Shown: positions 13,055 to 25,421, counted from the stretch's first letter. The stretch is DNA of 64,000 nucleotides from Marsupella aquatica (GCA_973895155.1 OZ316896.1:20510754-20574753); one strand, 5' to 3'. A program made the numbers and translations. Notes: generated by a model from the letters alone, not told the origin.

Positions 13055-15334
13055 TTTGTTGGCTTCCCCGTAGTCCTGGGAGTAATTGAAGAGCGGTTTA
13101 CCGTTGAAGCAAGATAATCAAAATATTCGATATCATTTAAATACCGATAGTTGTTTTGGTCGATCTTTTGCCAAGACTGTAGATTCTACATTGTAAATTT
13201 CTTAGTGACCAAAGAAGCAGACATTCCCACGAGGTAGAACTACCCCAGCGACTGTTCTTTTGCAGCAGTACAGGAGAGCTCACAAACAGAAGGGGCGCAG
13301 ATACTGGTTAACTTAGTTCTTCTAATTTGATCGGGATGTGGGTGTCATTTTTCTCACTAACCAGGTTATGCATTGTCCTAAAGAAATCTGTACTATACAA
13401 AGTTCCCTCGAAGGAAATAGAAAGCAGTAGATTGTGATCAATGTAGCAAGTAGCCTTACACGACTTATGGACAACTTCAATTTCTCCAACTGAGCTTGTC
13501 TGTTCACACCATTGTGCGATATGTCAGCTCCTAACCGTTTGACTGATCTTGTATCGATCCAGATTTTTTGGCTAAATTCGATTTGTAAGTGTAATTGCTG
13601 TTGGAATCTGTGACAATCTATGGAAATGAATTTCCCGCTTCAGATAGCTTATCAGGTGTAACTCAACCGTCAAGTATTAATAAGTCCGATCAGTTCTGGA
13701 TTCATTGTTTCTGTTAATTGGATTAGACAATGCACTTGAAGGCCATGGCTCAGGGACTGCAATTCTCTCGTCCCTTGTTCGCCATCTTGATTAACTTTCT
13801 GCCAGACCGCATTGTTAGAAAGTGTCTCCATGTCGTGCTCAGCTTTTCATATGACTTTGGTAGGATGGACTATTGGAGTGAGAAGCGTGAGCAGCTGATT
13901 GACCGAATATAATATCTCATGACTTGTGGGTTGTCCAAGGGAATGTCCAAAATTGGTAGTATAATATTGAGTATTAGATACCATGAGAAGCAATTATACC
14001 AGGAGGCTTGGGAGAACAGAGACAATTGCCTGACATAAATAAAAAGTGAGGACCGAATGGGGGATGACTTTATCTTCAGATATTGTCATGAGGGACCTAA
14101 GAAGGCAAGTTATTGACATCTCCAAATTGGTGTTGAAGCAAGACTCACTGTCGTCTGATATGCAAGGTCCAGCTACGATTATGGTGCTCTTGTTTGGCAT
14201 GCAATCACCAAGCGGGGTATGTTGTAGAGTACCCATCTGAAGGAGCGATCTCTTGACTATGTCATCAACTAAGTCAGAGATAACAACTGCTGTATTAGGG
14301 AGTACATGAGGTGAGACTCTTCAGTTTTTCTTGCTTGTACCAGTAAGCAATTTACCAAGAGATTGCTTATGTTTATTTTTCTTTTAGTGGTTCGTTTCCT
14401 ATATTGATCTCCATATGTATTAAGCTACCAAGGGATAAAAACTACTTGGGAAAAAACCTTTCCCCTTGAAGGAAGTATCCTCTCGCATTGCACATACTGG
14501 GGATTATCTAAACGAGGTTACATGTAATGAGGGCCGATTGTAAAATGTTGCCATTGTCCTGCAATTGAAGGCTGGTTCCCAAGACAGTGGGTCGCTGCAA
14601 CAAATACAAGATGACTCTGAGGTCCAATTCTAGTGAGCCCTGGACTTACACCCTTTCCGAGTTATTCTGCGCTATCTAATCTAATAATAATAATAAAATA
14701 CTAGACATGTCCAAGCAGAGATGACTTCTTATCACACATCTTTTCGAGTCAGAGCTAACTTAGGCTTGTCGTCCCTTCCGTCCATACATTACGCCTTATC
14801 ACCATGTGATATAAGTTCTGACAACAAAAATAATTGTATTATAATGTTAGTCCATCTTAATATCACATTATGCCTTATCACAATGTTATCACAACAGTAT
14901 ATTTAGTCCTGCCAGTAGCAAACAATCATATTATAATGTCAGTGCCTCCTTGCATCATGTCAAACATGGTGGTCCACAAAAGCTTGGAGATGATGATGAC
15001 TCTAGAGTGGCAAGGGAAAAGACAAAGCACTTGATCCATGTTTTGGGGATGACCATTTCTGCAGGTGGGTTTTTGGTGGACAAAAAGACAAAGCGACTGG
15101 GTGGGACGAACGGAGGAGCTGACGGAGGTCACGGAACGGGAAGCTCGAACGAATGAAAGGTCCAATCGAATTGCAAAATGATATCGTTGTCACCTAAGCT
15201 CATCGAGAGAGAGCTCGTACAATAGTGCTCATCAGAGTGACGGAGTCACAGAAACGATCCTTCTCGAGCGGAGGAGGAGCCGAGGAGGAGAGAGGAGGAG
15301 GACGCATTGAGCGAGTGAAGGAAAGGAGCCAGCT

Positions 15335-16672
15335 ATGGCGGTGTGCCTCCTCCCTCCGATCACGACGACGACGACGACGAGCTCGACTCCGTTCGGCGTC
15401 TGCTTGAGTGCTACCTCCAGCCGCAGTAATGGCGGGGGGTGCAGCTTGATCGATCCTGCTCGGGGCGGGGGAGTGTGGGGGAAGAAGAAGCAGGCGAAGA
15501 AGGTGAGGAAGAGCTTGAGTTGCATTGCGGGGCTCACGGAGGGGTTCGGGCCCGCGGCTGGGAGTGAGAATTGGCAGCGCAATGGCGGTGGAGAAGCGGC
15601 AGGGAAAGAGCTGAAGAAGCTGGGAGTGACGAAGGGGAGGACGGGACGGTCGAGGCTGGAGAAATGGCGGAGCGATGTGTCCCTGGGAGCGGATGAGGTG
15701 GCCGTCGGAGGAGGCGACGATAGTAGCAATGGAGGAGCGGGGAGAGGCGGAGGAGGGGATGGATCGTCTGGAGATGAAGGGGCATCAGAGGGATCGGGAA
15801 ATGAGGAGAACAGGGAAGCCTCGCTGGCTTTGTTGGCGACGGTCGGAAGATCGTTGGAGTCTCTCCCGGGCTACTTGGCCAAGGCTGTTGAGCAGGGGAA
15901 AATTCCTCCGGCGGTGTTGGAGCGTTTCCTGGACCTCGAGAAAACTTCGTTCCGGAAATGGCTGATGCAGTTCGATGGCTTCCGAGAGCGCTTACTCGCT
16001 GACGACCTCTTTCTCACGAAAGTGGGCATCGAATGCGGAGTCGGCCTGTTCACCAAGACGGCAGCTGAGTACGAGCGGCGCCGTGAGAATTTCGTCAAGG
16101 AGCTGGATTTCGTCATTGCAGACGTGATTATGGCACTCGTGGCTGATTTTATGCTGGTTTGGCTGCCGGCACCCACTGTGTCGCTCCGGCCGGCGTTGGC
16201 CAAGAATGCCAACGCACTGGCGAAGTATCTGGCCAATTGTCCGGACAATGCGTTCCAGATTGCTCTGAGGGGAACATCCTACACCATCTTACAACGGCTT
16301 GGTGCCATTGTGCGGAATGGGGCTAAGCTTGTAGTGGTGGGAACGTCTGCTTCGCTTCTAGGGACTGCAGCGACCAATGGTCTCATCAAGTTGAGGCAAA
16401 AGGTGGATAAAAGCAGTGTTGAGACGGAGAAGTCCGAGGAGGTGGATGTTCCCATTTTGGAAACTAGTTTGGCGTATGGAGTCTATATGGCTGTTTCCAG
16501 TAATTTGAGATATCAGATACTGGCTGGAGTGGTGGAGCAGCGTGTGTTGGAGCCCTTGTTGGGCCGTAGGAAGCTCGCTCTTAGTGCTGCCTCCTTTGCC
16601 GTGCGAACAGGAAACACCTTCTTGGGATCCTTGTTGTGGGTAGATTATGCTCGGTGGGTGGGTGTACAGTAA
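15335..16672 (+). CDS. RER4: RETICULATA-RELATED 4-like chloroplast envelope protein (DUF3411), single exon
   Basis: Ser/Thr-rich transit-peptide-like N-terminus, a Gly-rich linker, then FRERLLADDLFLTKVGIECGVG..DFMLVWLPAPTVSL..CPDNAFQ..YGVYMAVSSNLRYQILAGVVEQR..VRTGNTFLGSLLWVDYAR. Confidence 0.9.
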   Translation: MAVCLLPPITTTTTTSSTPFGVCLSATSSRSNGGGCSLIDPARGGGVWGKKKQAKKVRKSLSCIAGLTEGFGPAAGSENWQRNGGGEAAGKELKKLGVTKGRTGRSRLEKWRSDVSLGADEVAVGGGDDSSNGGAGRGGGGDGSSGDEGASEGSGNEENREASLALLATVGRSLESLPGYLAKAVEQGKIPPAVLERFLDLEKTSFRKWLMQFDGFRERLLADDLFLTKVGIECGVGLFTKTAAEYERRRENFVKELDFVIADVIMALVADFMLVWLPAPTVSLRPALAKNANALAKYLANCPDNAFQIALRGTSYTILQRLGAIVRNGAKLVVVGTSASLLGTAATNGLIKLRQKVDKSSVETEKSEEVDVPILETSLAYGVYMAVSSNLRYQILAGVVEQRVLEPLLGRRKLALSAASFAVRTGNTFLGSLLWVDYARWVGVQ

Positions 16673-18171
16673 GCTCACTATTTGAGAAGTGCTTCGCATG
16701 CATGATCCTGCTGTACACTTCCTCGGTCGTTACACGCAAGGACCGTATTTGCGTTTTGACCCAGAGCTCTCCCGGCTGGTAGATGCAAGGTCTACCGGTA
16801 AGGTGCCTCTCTAATTGTTCCATGCCTTGATTCGTTGACATTGAATTGATATCTTTACCACAGGTAAGGATCCATGAAGACTTTGACTTCGTGCAAAGTC
16901 ATTCAATCCGCATTCTGAATTGATATACTATTCAATGGATGGCACAAAAATTCTGTCAAAATTTTAAAGTGTAAAGTAAGGATATATAATCTCCCCTTTT
17001 ATATGTGTACCGAAGCGCCAGTAACTGCCTAGTTCACTGCCTAAGTAGCGAAGTTCAGCATTAGAAGTCTGATAAATAAATTCTTTCTATGTTCTCTATT
17101 GAGAGTTTACTGGTTTATGCTATATTCCGGGCTTTCAACTTTCTCAGGTGCCATGGTTCCTATTTGACCATGGTTCTTCTATAAAATTCGTCTCATTCGT
17201 CGTTTACTTAAGTTTTCCATAGCTAGTATGACGCATCTTTCTGAATTGATTTGGTAAGCACAGATTCTAACTTTTTCTAGAATAATTAGTACCATAGAGT
17301 CTGAGATTTTATAGTACAAAACGCTTAGATATTGTCAGCTGCTTCATTTGCCGTGTTGATTGAACTTTATCCGTTGATGCTCTTCGATGCATCATCGTTG
17401 AGTCTCTTCGATGCATCATCGTTGAGTATGAATATACCACTCTTTGAAAGTCAGTCCAACCTCGCGCCAGGCTTCCCGAGAGCCAAGGGGTTCTGGATGA
17501 TTACTTCACACTACGGTTGACATCAGGGACGGTATTCCAATTGCGTTTGCTGTGTATTGTCGCCACACGAGCTGTAGGCATAACTTTTGAGCCATTGGTT
17601 TAAGGAATGTGTGAACTGTACTGGATGCACAGGGGACCCCAGCAAAGCTGTCACATCTAGGAAATGTCATCTTCCACTTCTTCCGGTCGAATCTGAAGAG
17701 AATCAGATTGCTTTGCAAGTGGCCCTGAACCGAGTTAATCAGTTGAGTCGGGGTGAGGATGATGGTTAGTTTTCTGCAAAGTACTAAAACTCAACACTCC
17801 AGGACTTTGCTTGCTGTAGAGAGTTAAATGGGCATGTCTGGATGATGGCCACAAGGGGGTTGTGGAGAATGCACAGCTTTACAATGCAGGTGTCGGTAGA
17901 TCTTTCATAGATACGGATGCGATTCAAGTTCAGGATATCCAAAGCAATTTTGCTCCAGCCAGTCCATGTGCATATCCAGAGCATTGAGTCGGGCAAAAAC
18001 TTGACAACCTATCGCTGTGCTAGGATGGCGGCAAGACTTACCCCAGGGTTTGCGATTTCTTGTCTCATCAATAGCATGTGCTCTTCCTCATGAGCTTCCC
18101 CAGTAACAATGCAGTGGTTGCAGTGTGTAACGCTGAACTGTTCGAAACATGGCTTTCTGAAACAACAGATG

Positions 18172-18625
18172 AATTTGAAATTGCACACTAATTTCCCCAT
18201 CGAAGGAAGAAAGTAGAAAGATACGGCAATCCAATAGTTCAACAACTATGAACTCATATAGGAGGTCTCGAATAGGCCAGAGGGCATTGTGCGATATGAT
18301 ATAATGATTTGAAATTGCACACTAATTTCCCCATCAAAGGAAGAAAGTAGAAAGACACAGCAATCCAATAGTTGAACAACTATGAACTCATATAGGAGGT
18401 CTCGATAGGCTAGAGGGCATTGTGTCATATAATATCTTAGGCTAGAGGGTATTGCGTCATATAATATCCTGAAAACCGAACAACTATGAACTCATATAGG
18501 AGGTCTTGAATAGGCTAGAGGGCATTGTGTGATATAATATCTTCAAAACTGAACAACTATGAACTCATATAGGAGTTCTCGAATAGGCTCGAGGGCATTG
18601 TGGGATATAATGTCCTCAAAAACAA
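18172..18625 (+). repeat. Minisatellite of ~73-bp units, with one longer ~135-bp duplication
   Basis: GAACAACTATGAACTCATATAGGAGGTCTCGAATAGGCTAGAGGGCATTGTG repeats at ~18240, 18374, 18478 and 18551. A partial copy lies at ~18963. Confidence 0.85.
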
Positions 18626-19385
18626 GGCTTCAGCCCAAGTTTGAGGTGACAGTATGGCCCTCAATTCCCACAACAAGTGGTTACAAAACTTGAGTGAGTT
18701 TTAGAAATAAACAAAAATAACAATCATGTGCACATAGAGTTAAAATGCCAGGATTTTGAATTTAGGCCAAGTGAAGAGTTTCCTGCAAAATCGTGTGTTG
18801 CTATATTTTACTTTTTGGTTAACTTTTGTACTTTAAGTTACATATGCCTAGATTGATGGGTCTTTGTAAAACTCCCTCCTCAAAGCAACGTGTGTATTGT
18901 AGAAGATTAATGCCTCACAATACAAATCCAAAACTCATGAAAGTCTTCACTATTAGGATTTCAATAGTTGAACAACTATGAACTCATAGAGTGTTGGAAA
19001 AGGGTGATGTTCTGGTTAGAGTGAATTGTGCTATATATGTGATATAATGCCCAAATGTTAGAGCGCATTATGTGATACAATGCCCCCAAAATGAGGGCTT
19101 TAGTTTTAGGAGACATTATGGCCCACAATTCATATTTTGTGAACTTACATAAGAACCAGAGTGAGTTTGGGAAAGAAACAAAACCAAGTTAAATCCTATG
19201 AAGGGTCATGTGATAGTGTGGACAACAAGGAAGAAGAAGTTAAAGCACAGCACACACAAAAAAGTGTATGCACAGCACACAACCATGTAAAGGTCGTGCC
19301 CGCAGAGAAACCAGACCCTCAAAGCCCTTAAGACCATGCCTGAAGTAATCAATTTGCAATCGTGTCACAGCCAGAACCTATGTTG

Positions 19386-19708
19386 TGTAGAGGTTAACTC
19401 AGTCTTGGGTTGAACTATGGTTAGTATGTTAACTAGGGTTAGAGTAAACCCTAGTTGAAGAGTTGGTCCTTATCTCTTCAACTTCTATGTGGTGTGAGAA
19501 CACACAAGAGAGTTCTCAAGAGAGAACACAATGATATAGCAAGAGATGAGAGCTTGAAGAGATGAGAGCTATGGTGATGCTTGAGTAGACACATAACTGT
19601 TAATAAAGCTTGGTCTTCCCGTGGACGTAGCCAACCTTGAGGCGAACCACGTAACTATTGAGCACGTGTATGTTTGGAGTGTATTTCCTGATCTGATTTC
19701 TCCCCACA
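19386..19708 (+). repeat. 5' LTR (323 bp)
   Basis: TGTAGAGGTTAACTC...TCTCCCCACA. Differs from the 3' LTR by two substitutions seen by eye and a 16-bp tandem-duplication indel. Confidence 0.95.
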
Positions 19709-19710
19709 AT

Positions 19711-19723
19711 TGGTATCAAAGCT
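19711..19723 (+). promoter_or_regulatory. Primer-binding site, initiator tRNA-Met type
   Basis: TGGTATCAAAGCT lies 2 nt after the 5' LTR; canonical is TGGTATCAGAGC. Confidence 0.88.
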
Positions 19724-20880
19724 CAGGTTTTTTTCAGTCGATTAGGAACTCCATAGAACTTGCTTCAAGCAAAGCGAACAGCGGATGATTTCCTCTTCGA
19801 AGCGGAGCTATTGAAAGAAGATCGGACTCAATCTTCTCATAAGTGTGGAGCACACAACCAGGGGCTCATTTCAGTGAAGCAATGAAGGCCTGAGGTCAGA
19901 AATGGAAACAATTGTAAGTGACGGTTTTCAATTTACGTTATCGGGCAAGAGATAAGGTCAATTTCTCAGATCAGTCTTTTTGATTGTTCTATCGGGACTT
20001 GAAACTGAGATACGCTTGAGCGCCTTGTCTTTCTAGACGTTTCGATATCAACATCGTTGAATTCCGTCAAACGGTTGAGAAGCAATCTTAATTTCAATTC
20101 TCGTTTTTTGAGCTCGAAATTTTGGCTATGGCGGATAACTTAATATCAGTCACTTTCACCGAATTGTTTCTCCCTCATTATTCCACCTTTTTGCGAGTTC
20201 TTTATATCAATCTTGATGCCCTCGAAGTCTAGTTTCTGAATCTGAAATCAGAATTGGATTTCGTCAAAAACTGAGACGGGAATTTGAGTGAATCCGCCGA
20301 GGGGTACTTTCTGTCGCGAGTAGTCGCGACTTCCGCGGACGCGCGAGGAGGTCGAAAACTTCGAGGAGGCCTTTCTAGGGCTCGACAGGGCTCGGGCAGG
20401 GGGAAGTGCCCCCTGTGAAGTCCCCCACAGGGGCTGTACAAGGGCGGACGGAATTTCCCGAAAAGATTCTTTTCCAGAGGCTTAAATTTTTACCGAAGGT
20501 CAAAGATTCCGAGCGGCAAATAAAATCGAATCAACTTCAACTTTTGGAGAGGCGTACTTGGGGAAGCTAGGCAAGTATTGGTGCGTTCAATTCTGAAAAA
20601 GTATACTAGTGGAATCTTTGGCATAAGAGATTCCCTCGAGGAATAATTATTTCATCTTTTACCCCCCTCCGGTCGGAGTAAAAATTCTCGGCACTCGAGA
20701 GTCCATTTGACAAACCGTTTTCAGAATTCGGAGCGTTACCTTGTGGGCTACACATAGGAGTGATCAGTTTCAAAATTCACCAACTTTCATTTTTGGCCTT
20801 ATTTTCACACCCCACATCTGAGCATTCGACGTTTATTTCTTGTGGGAAGGCGACTCCACACTACATTTGGCATTCCAGCA

Positions 20881-23800
20881 ATGGCGACTACTAGGATTGG
20901 AGGTCAAAGGTTTGAGGTGGAAAAATTTGATGGTCGGATGGACTATACAATGTGGGAACGTAACGTGAGGGATGCACTTAGGGCGATGGGCCTAGGCAAG
21001 GTACTAAGATCTCAACCCAAGGAGATGGAAGATGATGATTGGCATGATCTCCAGGATCAAGCGGTAAGTATTGTTGGCATGTACCTGAAAAACAATGTGA
21101 AGAAGCAGTTCGAGGAAAAAGCAACACAAACGGTGACGGACTTGTTTCAAGCATTGCACAACAAGTACTACAAGAAGGAGATGTCAAACCGAATGTATGC
21201 AAGCCTGAAGCTCATGCAATTCAAAATGGTTGATGGAGTCAAGATTCAAGATCATATCGATCAGTTCAATGATCTTGTGGTTGACCTAGAGAATTTGGGG
21301 GAGCATTTGAGCGAAGAAAAGAAAGCCTTACAACTCTTGAGCTCACTACCACATTCGTACCAATCTTTGTCTCGAGTTTTTCTATTCCGTGATAAGACAA
21401 CTATATCGTACAATGATGTGGTGAGTGCCCTGTTGACCGATGACATGCAGTCTAAGCTGGTTTCTTCAGCTCATCCTACCTCAACCTCATCATCAACAGC
21501 ACTGTTGGTAGAAAGAGGCAAATCAAGGGAGCCATCTCATAAAAACAAAAGGTTTAACCCACTTCCCATGGAGCGAGGAAGGTTCCACGACCGATCTTTT
21601 GGTAGGAGGAGGTTTAGATCCAGATCTAGATCTCGATCCAAATCACCATCCAAGTCTACTCGTGAGATAAAGTGTTGGAAGTGTGACAAAGTGGGCCACA
21701 TGAAGAAGAATTGTCGCGTCAAAGACACATTCAAGGAAGTTGCCGGTTCTTCAACCCAAGTAGTTGTTCGAGAAGAGGATAGTGAAGGATTTGCATTGTG
21801 TACCACTTCCCAAGTTGAGGATTGTCAATGGATCTTGGATTCCGCTTGCTCGTATCACATGTGCTATATGCATGAACTTTTCTCATCCTACACTCCTATC
21901 AACGGATCTGTTTTGATGGGAAATAATCATTCTTGCAAAGTTTTAGGGATTGGATCCGTAAAGATTCAACTACCCGGTGGCACGTATTGTACTCTATCAA
22001 ATGTCAGACACATTCCAAAAATGTGTAAGAATTTGATTTCTCTTGGCTACTTGGATGCGAAGGGTTATCAATGGAGTGCAACTGATGGGGTGTTAACAGT
22101 CACGCATGGATCAACTGAAGTTCTTATTGGCAAGAGGACAAGAAACATCTATGTCTTGGAAGGCACCACCCTTCTTGCCGAAGTCAATTTGGTCATATCT
22201 CAAGAGGAGAAAATCAATTTATGGCATGCTCGGCTTGGTCACATGAGTGAAAAAAGTTTGGAAATCCTACACAAGCGACATCTCCTACCAGGATTGCAAG
22301 CATGCAAGTTGAGTTTTTGTGATCATTGCATTGTCGGCAAGAAAACAAGAACTTCATTTTCGACTGCCATTCATCATTCTAAAGTTGTACTTGAGTATAT
22401 TCATTTCGATGTGTGGGGTCCTGCTCCGGTTTCCTCACATTCAGGCAAACAATACTATGTATCATTTATCGATGATTACTCAAGGTTTGTTTGGATTTAT
22501 TTCATTGCCCATAAGTTTGAAGTGCTTTCCATCTTCAAACAATGGGTAGCTCAAGTTGAGACACAGACTGCAAAGAATGTGAGATATCTACGATCAGATA
22601 ATGGTGGTGAATACACCTCTGGCGAGTTCAACACTTATTGTGCAAATAAGGGAATTACTCACCATCTCACAACTGTGTACACTCCTGAGCAAAATGGTGT
22701 TGCTGAGCGACTCAACCGCACATTGTTGGAGCGAGCAAGGAGCATGTTGAGCCACTCTAAATTGCCACAAATCTTTTGGGTGGAAGCTGTCAACATAGCT
22801 GCTTATCTCGTAAATCTCTCTCCTAGTCGGGCAATTACTTACAAAACCCCCTTTGAGCTATGGCACAATCGACCTGCTGATTATTCAAAGCTTAAGGTTT
22901 TTGGCTGTGAAGCATATGCACATGTTCCTAGCAACAATAGGACTAAGCTAGATCCTAGAGCCCAGAAATGCATTTTTCTTGGTTATCAGCGTGACATTAA
23001 AGGATATCGATTGTGGGATCCAGTTGATTGCAAGTTACTTGTTAGTCGGGATGTATCCTTCAATGAAGATAAATCATTGAAGGAGGGGGAGATAGATCAA
23101 TTCCCTACTACTAACAAAGTGCAATCTCCTCCTCTAGAGGATTTAAGAGGAGAGGATGTGTCAAATGAAGAATATGTTGACACTACTGTAAGGCAAAGTA
23201 CACTACAATCAGATCAGCCAGAGTCTTCAGTGCGAAGAGGAACTCGCAAACGTCAAGCCCGGGAAAGGTATGGTACTTGGCTTCCTTCTGATCAAGTGGA
23301 TTTGGATGAAGAATCTATTGATGCATTGGTGACAGAAGATGGAGATCCATCCTCATTTCGAGAGGTCCTAGCTTCTATGGAGAAGCAACAGTGGCAGGCG
23401 GCGATGCGCATGGAAATGAAATCACTTCATGATAACAAGACTTGGGAACTCACAAGTCTACCTAGTGACAAGCAGGCTGTTGACAGCAAGTGGGTGTATA
23501 GGAAGAAAGATGGACTCACGGAGGATGCTGAGAAGATATTTAAGGCTCGGTTGGTAGCCAAGGGTTTTACTCAACAGAAAGGTATAGACTACAATGAGGT
23601 TTTTTCACCCGTAGCAAAGTATTCAACAATACGTTTGCTATGTGCTCTTGTAGTTTTATTTGATCTGGTTTTAGATCAAATGGATGTTGTCACGGCATTC
23701 TTATATGGATCGTTGGATGAGGTGATTTACATGAGGCAACCAGAGGGTTTTGTGCAAAAGGGCAAGGAAAATTTGGTATGCAGGTTGCTAAAATCCTTGT

Positions 23801-24915
23801 ATGGATTAAAGCAGAGCCCAAGGCAATGGAACAAGCGTTTTGATGAATTTTTGAAATCGCTTGGATTTGTGCGAAGCGTGTACGATCCATGTGTTTACAT
23901 AAGGCGTGTGAACAACACAGGTTTTAAGCTTGTCATCCTTGTACTTTATGTGGATGACATGCTCATTGCAGCACAGGATAGGGGCGAAGTTGATAAGCTT
24001 AAGGCCCAACTCAGTTCTGAGTTTAAGATGAAGGATTTAGGCACAGCCAAGAGGATCCTAGGCATGGAGATTGTCAGGGATGTTAACAAAGCCAAACTTT
24101 GGCTGACGCAGAAAAGATATGCAGAGAAGGTACTCTCAAAATTCAACATGGCAGATGCTAAGGCTGTGAGTGTTCCTTTGGCAAGGCATTTCAATATTTC
24201 TGCAGCATTTTGTCCATCGGATGCTACAGAAAAAAGTTTGATGTCCAAAGTTCCTTATGAAAGTGTTGTGGGTAGTTTAATGTATCTCATGGTATGCACC
24301 CGACCAGACATAGCTTATGCTGTTAGCAAGGTAAGCAGATACATGGCAAATCCAGGAAAAGTTCATTGGGAAGCAGTGAAATGGATTTTGCGCTACATCA
24401 GAGGTTCCATTAAGAAGGGTTTATTGTTTGATGCAAATTCAAACAATATGAAAGTGCTTCAAGGTTATGTGGATGCAGACTACGCAGGTGATCTGGATAA
24501 GAGGAGATCGACAACTGGATATGTATTTACACTTGCTGGTGGATGCATTAGTTGGAAGTCTACTCTCCAAAAGTGTGTTGCAAAGTCTACTATGGATGCC
24601 GAGTATGTAGCAGCAGCAGAAGCAGCATCAGAGACCATTTGGTTGAAAAAGCTTGTCACGGAAATGGGTTTATCACAGGAGTGTGTATATCTTCATTGTG
24701 ACAGTCAAAGTGCAATTTACACTGCCAAGAATCAGGTGATGGATGGCAGGGTAAAACACATTGATGTCCGCTATCATTTCATCCGACAGGCATTATCGGA
24801 TGATGAATTTGAGCTTGTCAAGATTGATGGAAAGCTTAATCCAGCGGATGCTTTTACCAAAGTATTAGACTCCAATAGTTTTTCAAGGCATTGTAATTAT
24901 TTACAAATATTGTAA
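20881..24915 (+). CDS. Copia Gag-Pol polyprotein (Gag/zinc knuckle, protease, integrase, RT, RNase H)
   Basis: CWKCDKVGHMKKNC; WILDSACSYHM; LWHARLGH..CDHC; DVWGP, SDNGGEY, QNGVAER; QMDVVTAFL, YVDDML; YVDADYAGD, CDSQSAI, KHIDVRYH. Confidence 0.96.
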   Translation: MATTRIGGQRFEVEKFDGRMDYTMWERNVRDALRAMGLGKVLRSQPKEMEDDDWHDLQDQAVSIVGMYLKNNVKKQFEEKATQTVTDLFQALHNKYYKKEMSNRMYASLKLMQFKMVDGVKIQDHIDQFNDLVVDLENLGEHLSEEKKALQLLSSLPHSYQSLSRVFLFRDKTTISYNDVVSALLTDDMQSKLVSSAHPTSTSSSTALLVERGKSREPSHKNKRFNPLPMERGRFHDRSFGRRRFRSRSRSRSKSPSKSTREIKCWKCDKVGHMKKNCRVKDTFKEVAGSSTQVVVREEDSEGFALCTTSQVEDCQWILDSACSYHMCYMHELFSSYTPINGSVLMGNNHSCKVLGIGSVKIQLPGGTYCTLSNVRHIPKMCKNLISLGYLDAKGYQWSATDGVLTVTHGSTEVLIGKRTRNIYVLEGTTLLAEVNLVISQEEKINLWHARLGHMSEKSLEILHKRHLLPGLQACKLSFCDHCIVGKKTRTSFSTAIHHSKVVLEYIHFDVWGPAPVSSHSGKQYYVSFIDDYSRFVWIYFIAHKFEVLSIFKQWVAQVETQTAKNVRYLRSDNGGEYTSGEFNTYCANKGITHHLTTVYTPEQNGVAERLNRTLLERARSMLSHSKLPQIFWVEAVNIAAYLVNLSPSRAITYKTPFELWHNRPADYSKLKVFGCEAYAHVPSNNRTKLDPRAQKCIFLGYQRDIKGYRLWDPVDCKLLVSRDVSFNEDKSLKEGEIDQFPTTNKVQSPPLEDLRGEDVSNEEYVDTTVRQSTLQSDQPESSVRRGTRKRQARERYGTWLPSDQVDLDEESIDALVTEDGDPSSFREVLASMEKQQWQAAMRMEMKSLHDNKTWELTSLPSDKQAVDSKWVYRKKDGLTEDAEKIFKARLVAKGFTQQKGIDYNEVFSPVAKYSTIRLLCALVVLFDLVLDQMDVVTAFLYGSLDEVIYMRQPEGFVQKGKENLVCRLLKSLYGLKQSPRQWNKRFDEFLKSLGFVRSVYDPCVYIRRVNNTGFKLVILVLYVDDMLIAAQDRGEVDKLKAQLSSEFKMKDLGTAKRILGMEIVRDVNKAKLWLTQKRYAEKVLSKFNMADAKAVSVPLARHFNISAAFCPSDATEKSLMSKVPYESVVGSLMYLMVCTRPDIAYAVSKVSRYMANPGKVHWEAVKWILRYIRGSIKKGLLFDANSNNMKVLQGYVDADYAGDLDKRRSTTGYVFTLAGGCISWKSTLQKCVAKSTMDAEYVAAAEAASETIWLKKLVTEMGLSQECVYLHCDSQSAIYTAKNQVMDGRVKHIDVRYHFIRQALSDDEFELVKIDGKLNPADAFTKVLDSNSFSRHCNYLQIL

Positions 24916-25098
24916 ATATAGAGTTAACCAAGAAAATGTCTCTATATGAGTACTCTATCCGATGGCTTATCGGCTACGGCTTAGTTCTAGTTAACCCTTG
25001 CATTAGGGGGAGGGTCTTTTGGCCCTACTGTCTTGAACTTCCCGCGGAGGAACTTGTAAGGAAAAGACAATGTTATGAACCCTCCCAAGACGTGAGTC

Positions 25099-25108
25099 AA
25101 GGGGGAGT
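25099..25108 (+). promoter_or_regulatory. Polypurine tract
   Basis: AAGGGGGAG lies just before the 3' LTR. Confidence 0.85.
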
Positions 25109-25109
25109 T

Positions 25110-25416
25110 TGTAGAGGTTAACTCAGTCTTGGGTTGAACTATGGTTAGTATATTAACTAGGGTTAGAGTAAACCCTAGTTGAAGAGTTGGTCCTTATCTC
25201 TTCAACTTCTATGTGGTGTGAGAACACACAAGAGAGTTCTCAAGAGAGAACACAATGATATAGCAAGAGATGAGAGCTATGGTGATGCTTGAGTAGACAC
25301 ATAACCGTTAATAAAGCTTGGTCTTCCCGTGGACGTAGCCAACCTTGAGGCGAACCACGTAACTATTGAGCACGTGTATGTTTGGAGTGTATTTCCTGAT
25401 CTGATTTCTCCCCACA
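25110..25416 (+). repeat. 3' LTR (307 bp)
   Basis: Near-identical to 19386-19708 and followed by TSD TGTTG. Confidence 0.95.
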
Positions 25417-25421
25417 TGTTG

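Larger units (their letters stand above)
19386..25416 (+). mobile_element. Full-length intact Ty1/copia LTR retrotransposon (Tnt1-like)
   Basis: TG...CA LTRs at 19386-19708 and 25110-25416, perfect 5-bp TSD TGTTG (19381-19385 and 25417-25421), PBS, PPT and an uninterrupted gag-pol ORF. Confidence 0.97.

Noticed and set aside
15232-16699. Antisense and alternative-frame ORFs over RER4
   Set aside because: Shadow ORFs from GC-rich coding sequence.
17500-18250. Minus-strand short ORFs with a faint glycosyltransferase-like look
   Set aside because: Similarity too weak to support; no PSPG box or other diagnostic motif.
18172-18625. Repeat array superficially like a CRISPR array
   Set aside because: Eukaryotic context, units repeat in full without unique spacers, and no cas genes; it is a minisatellite.
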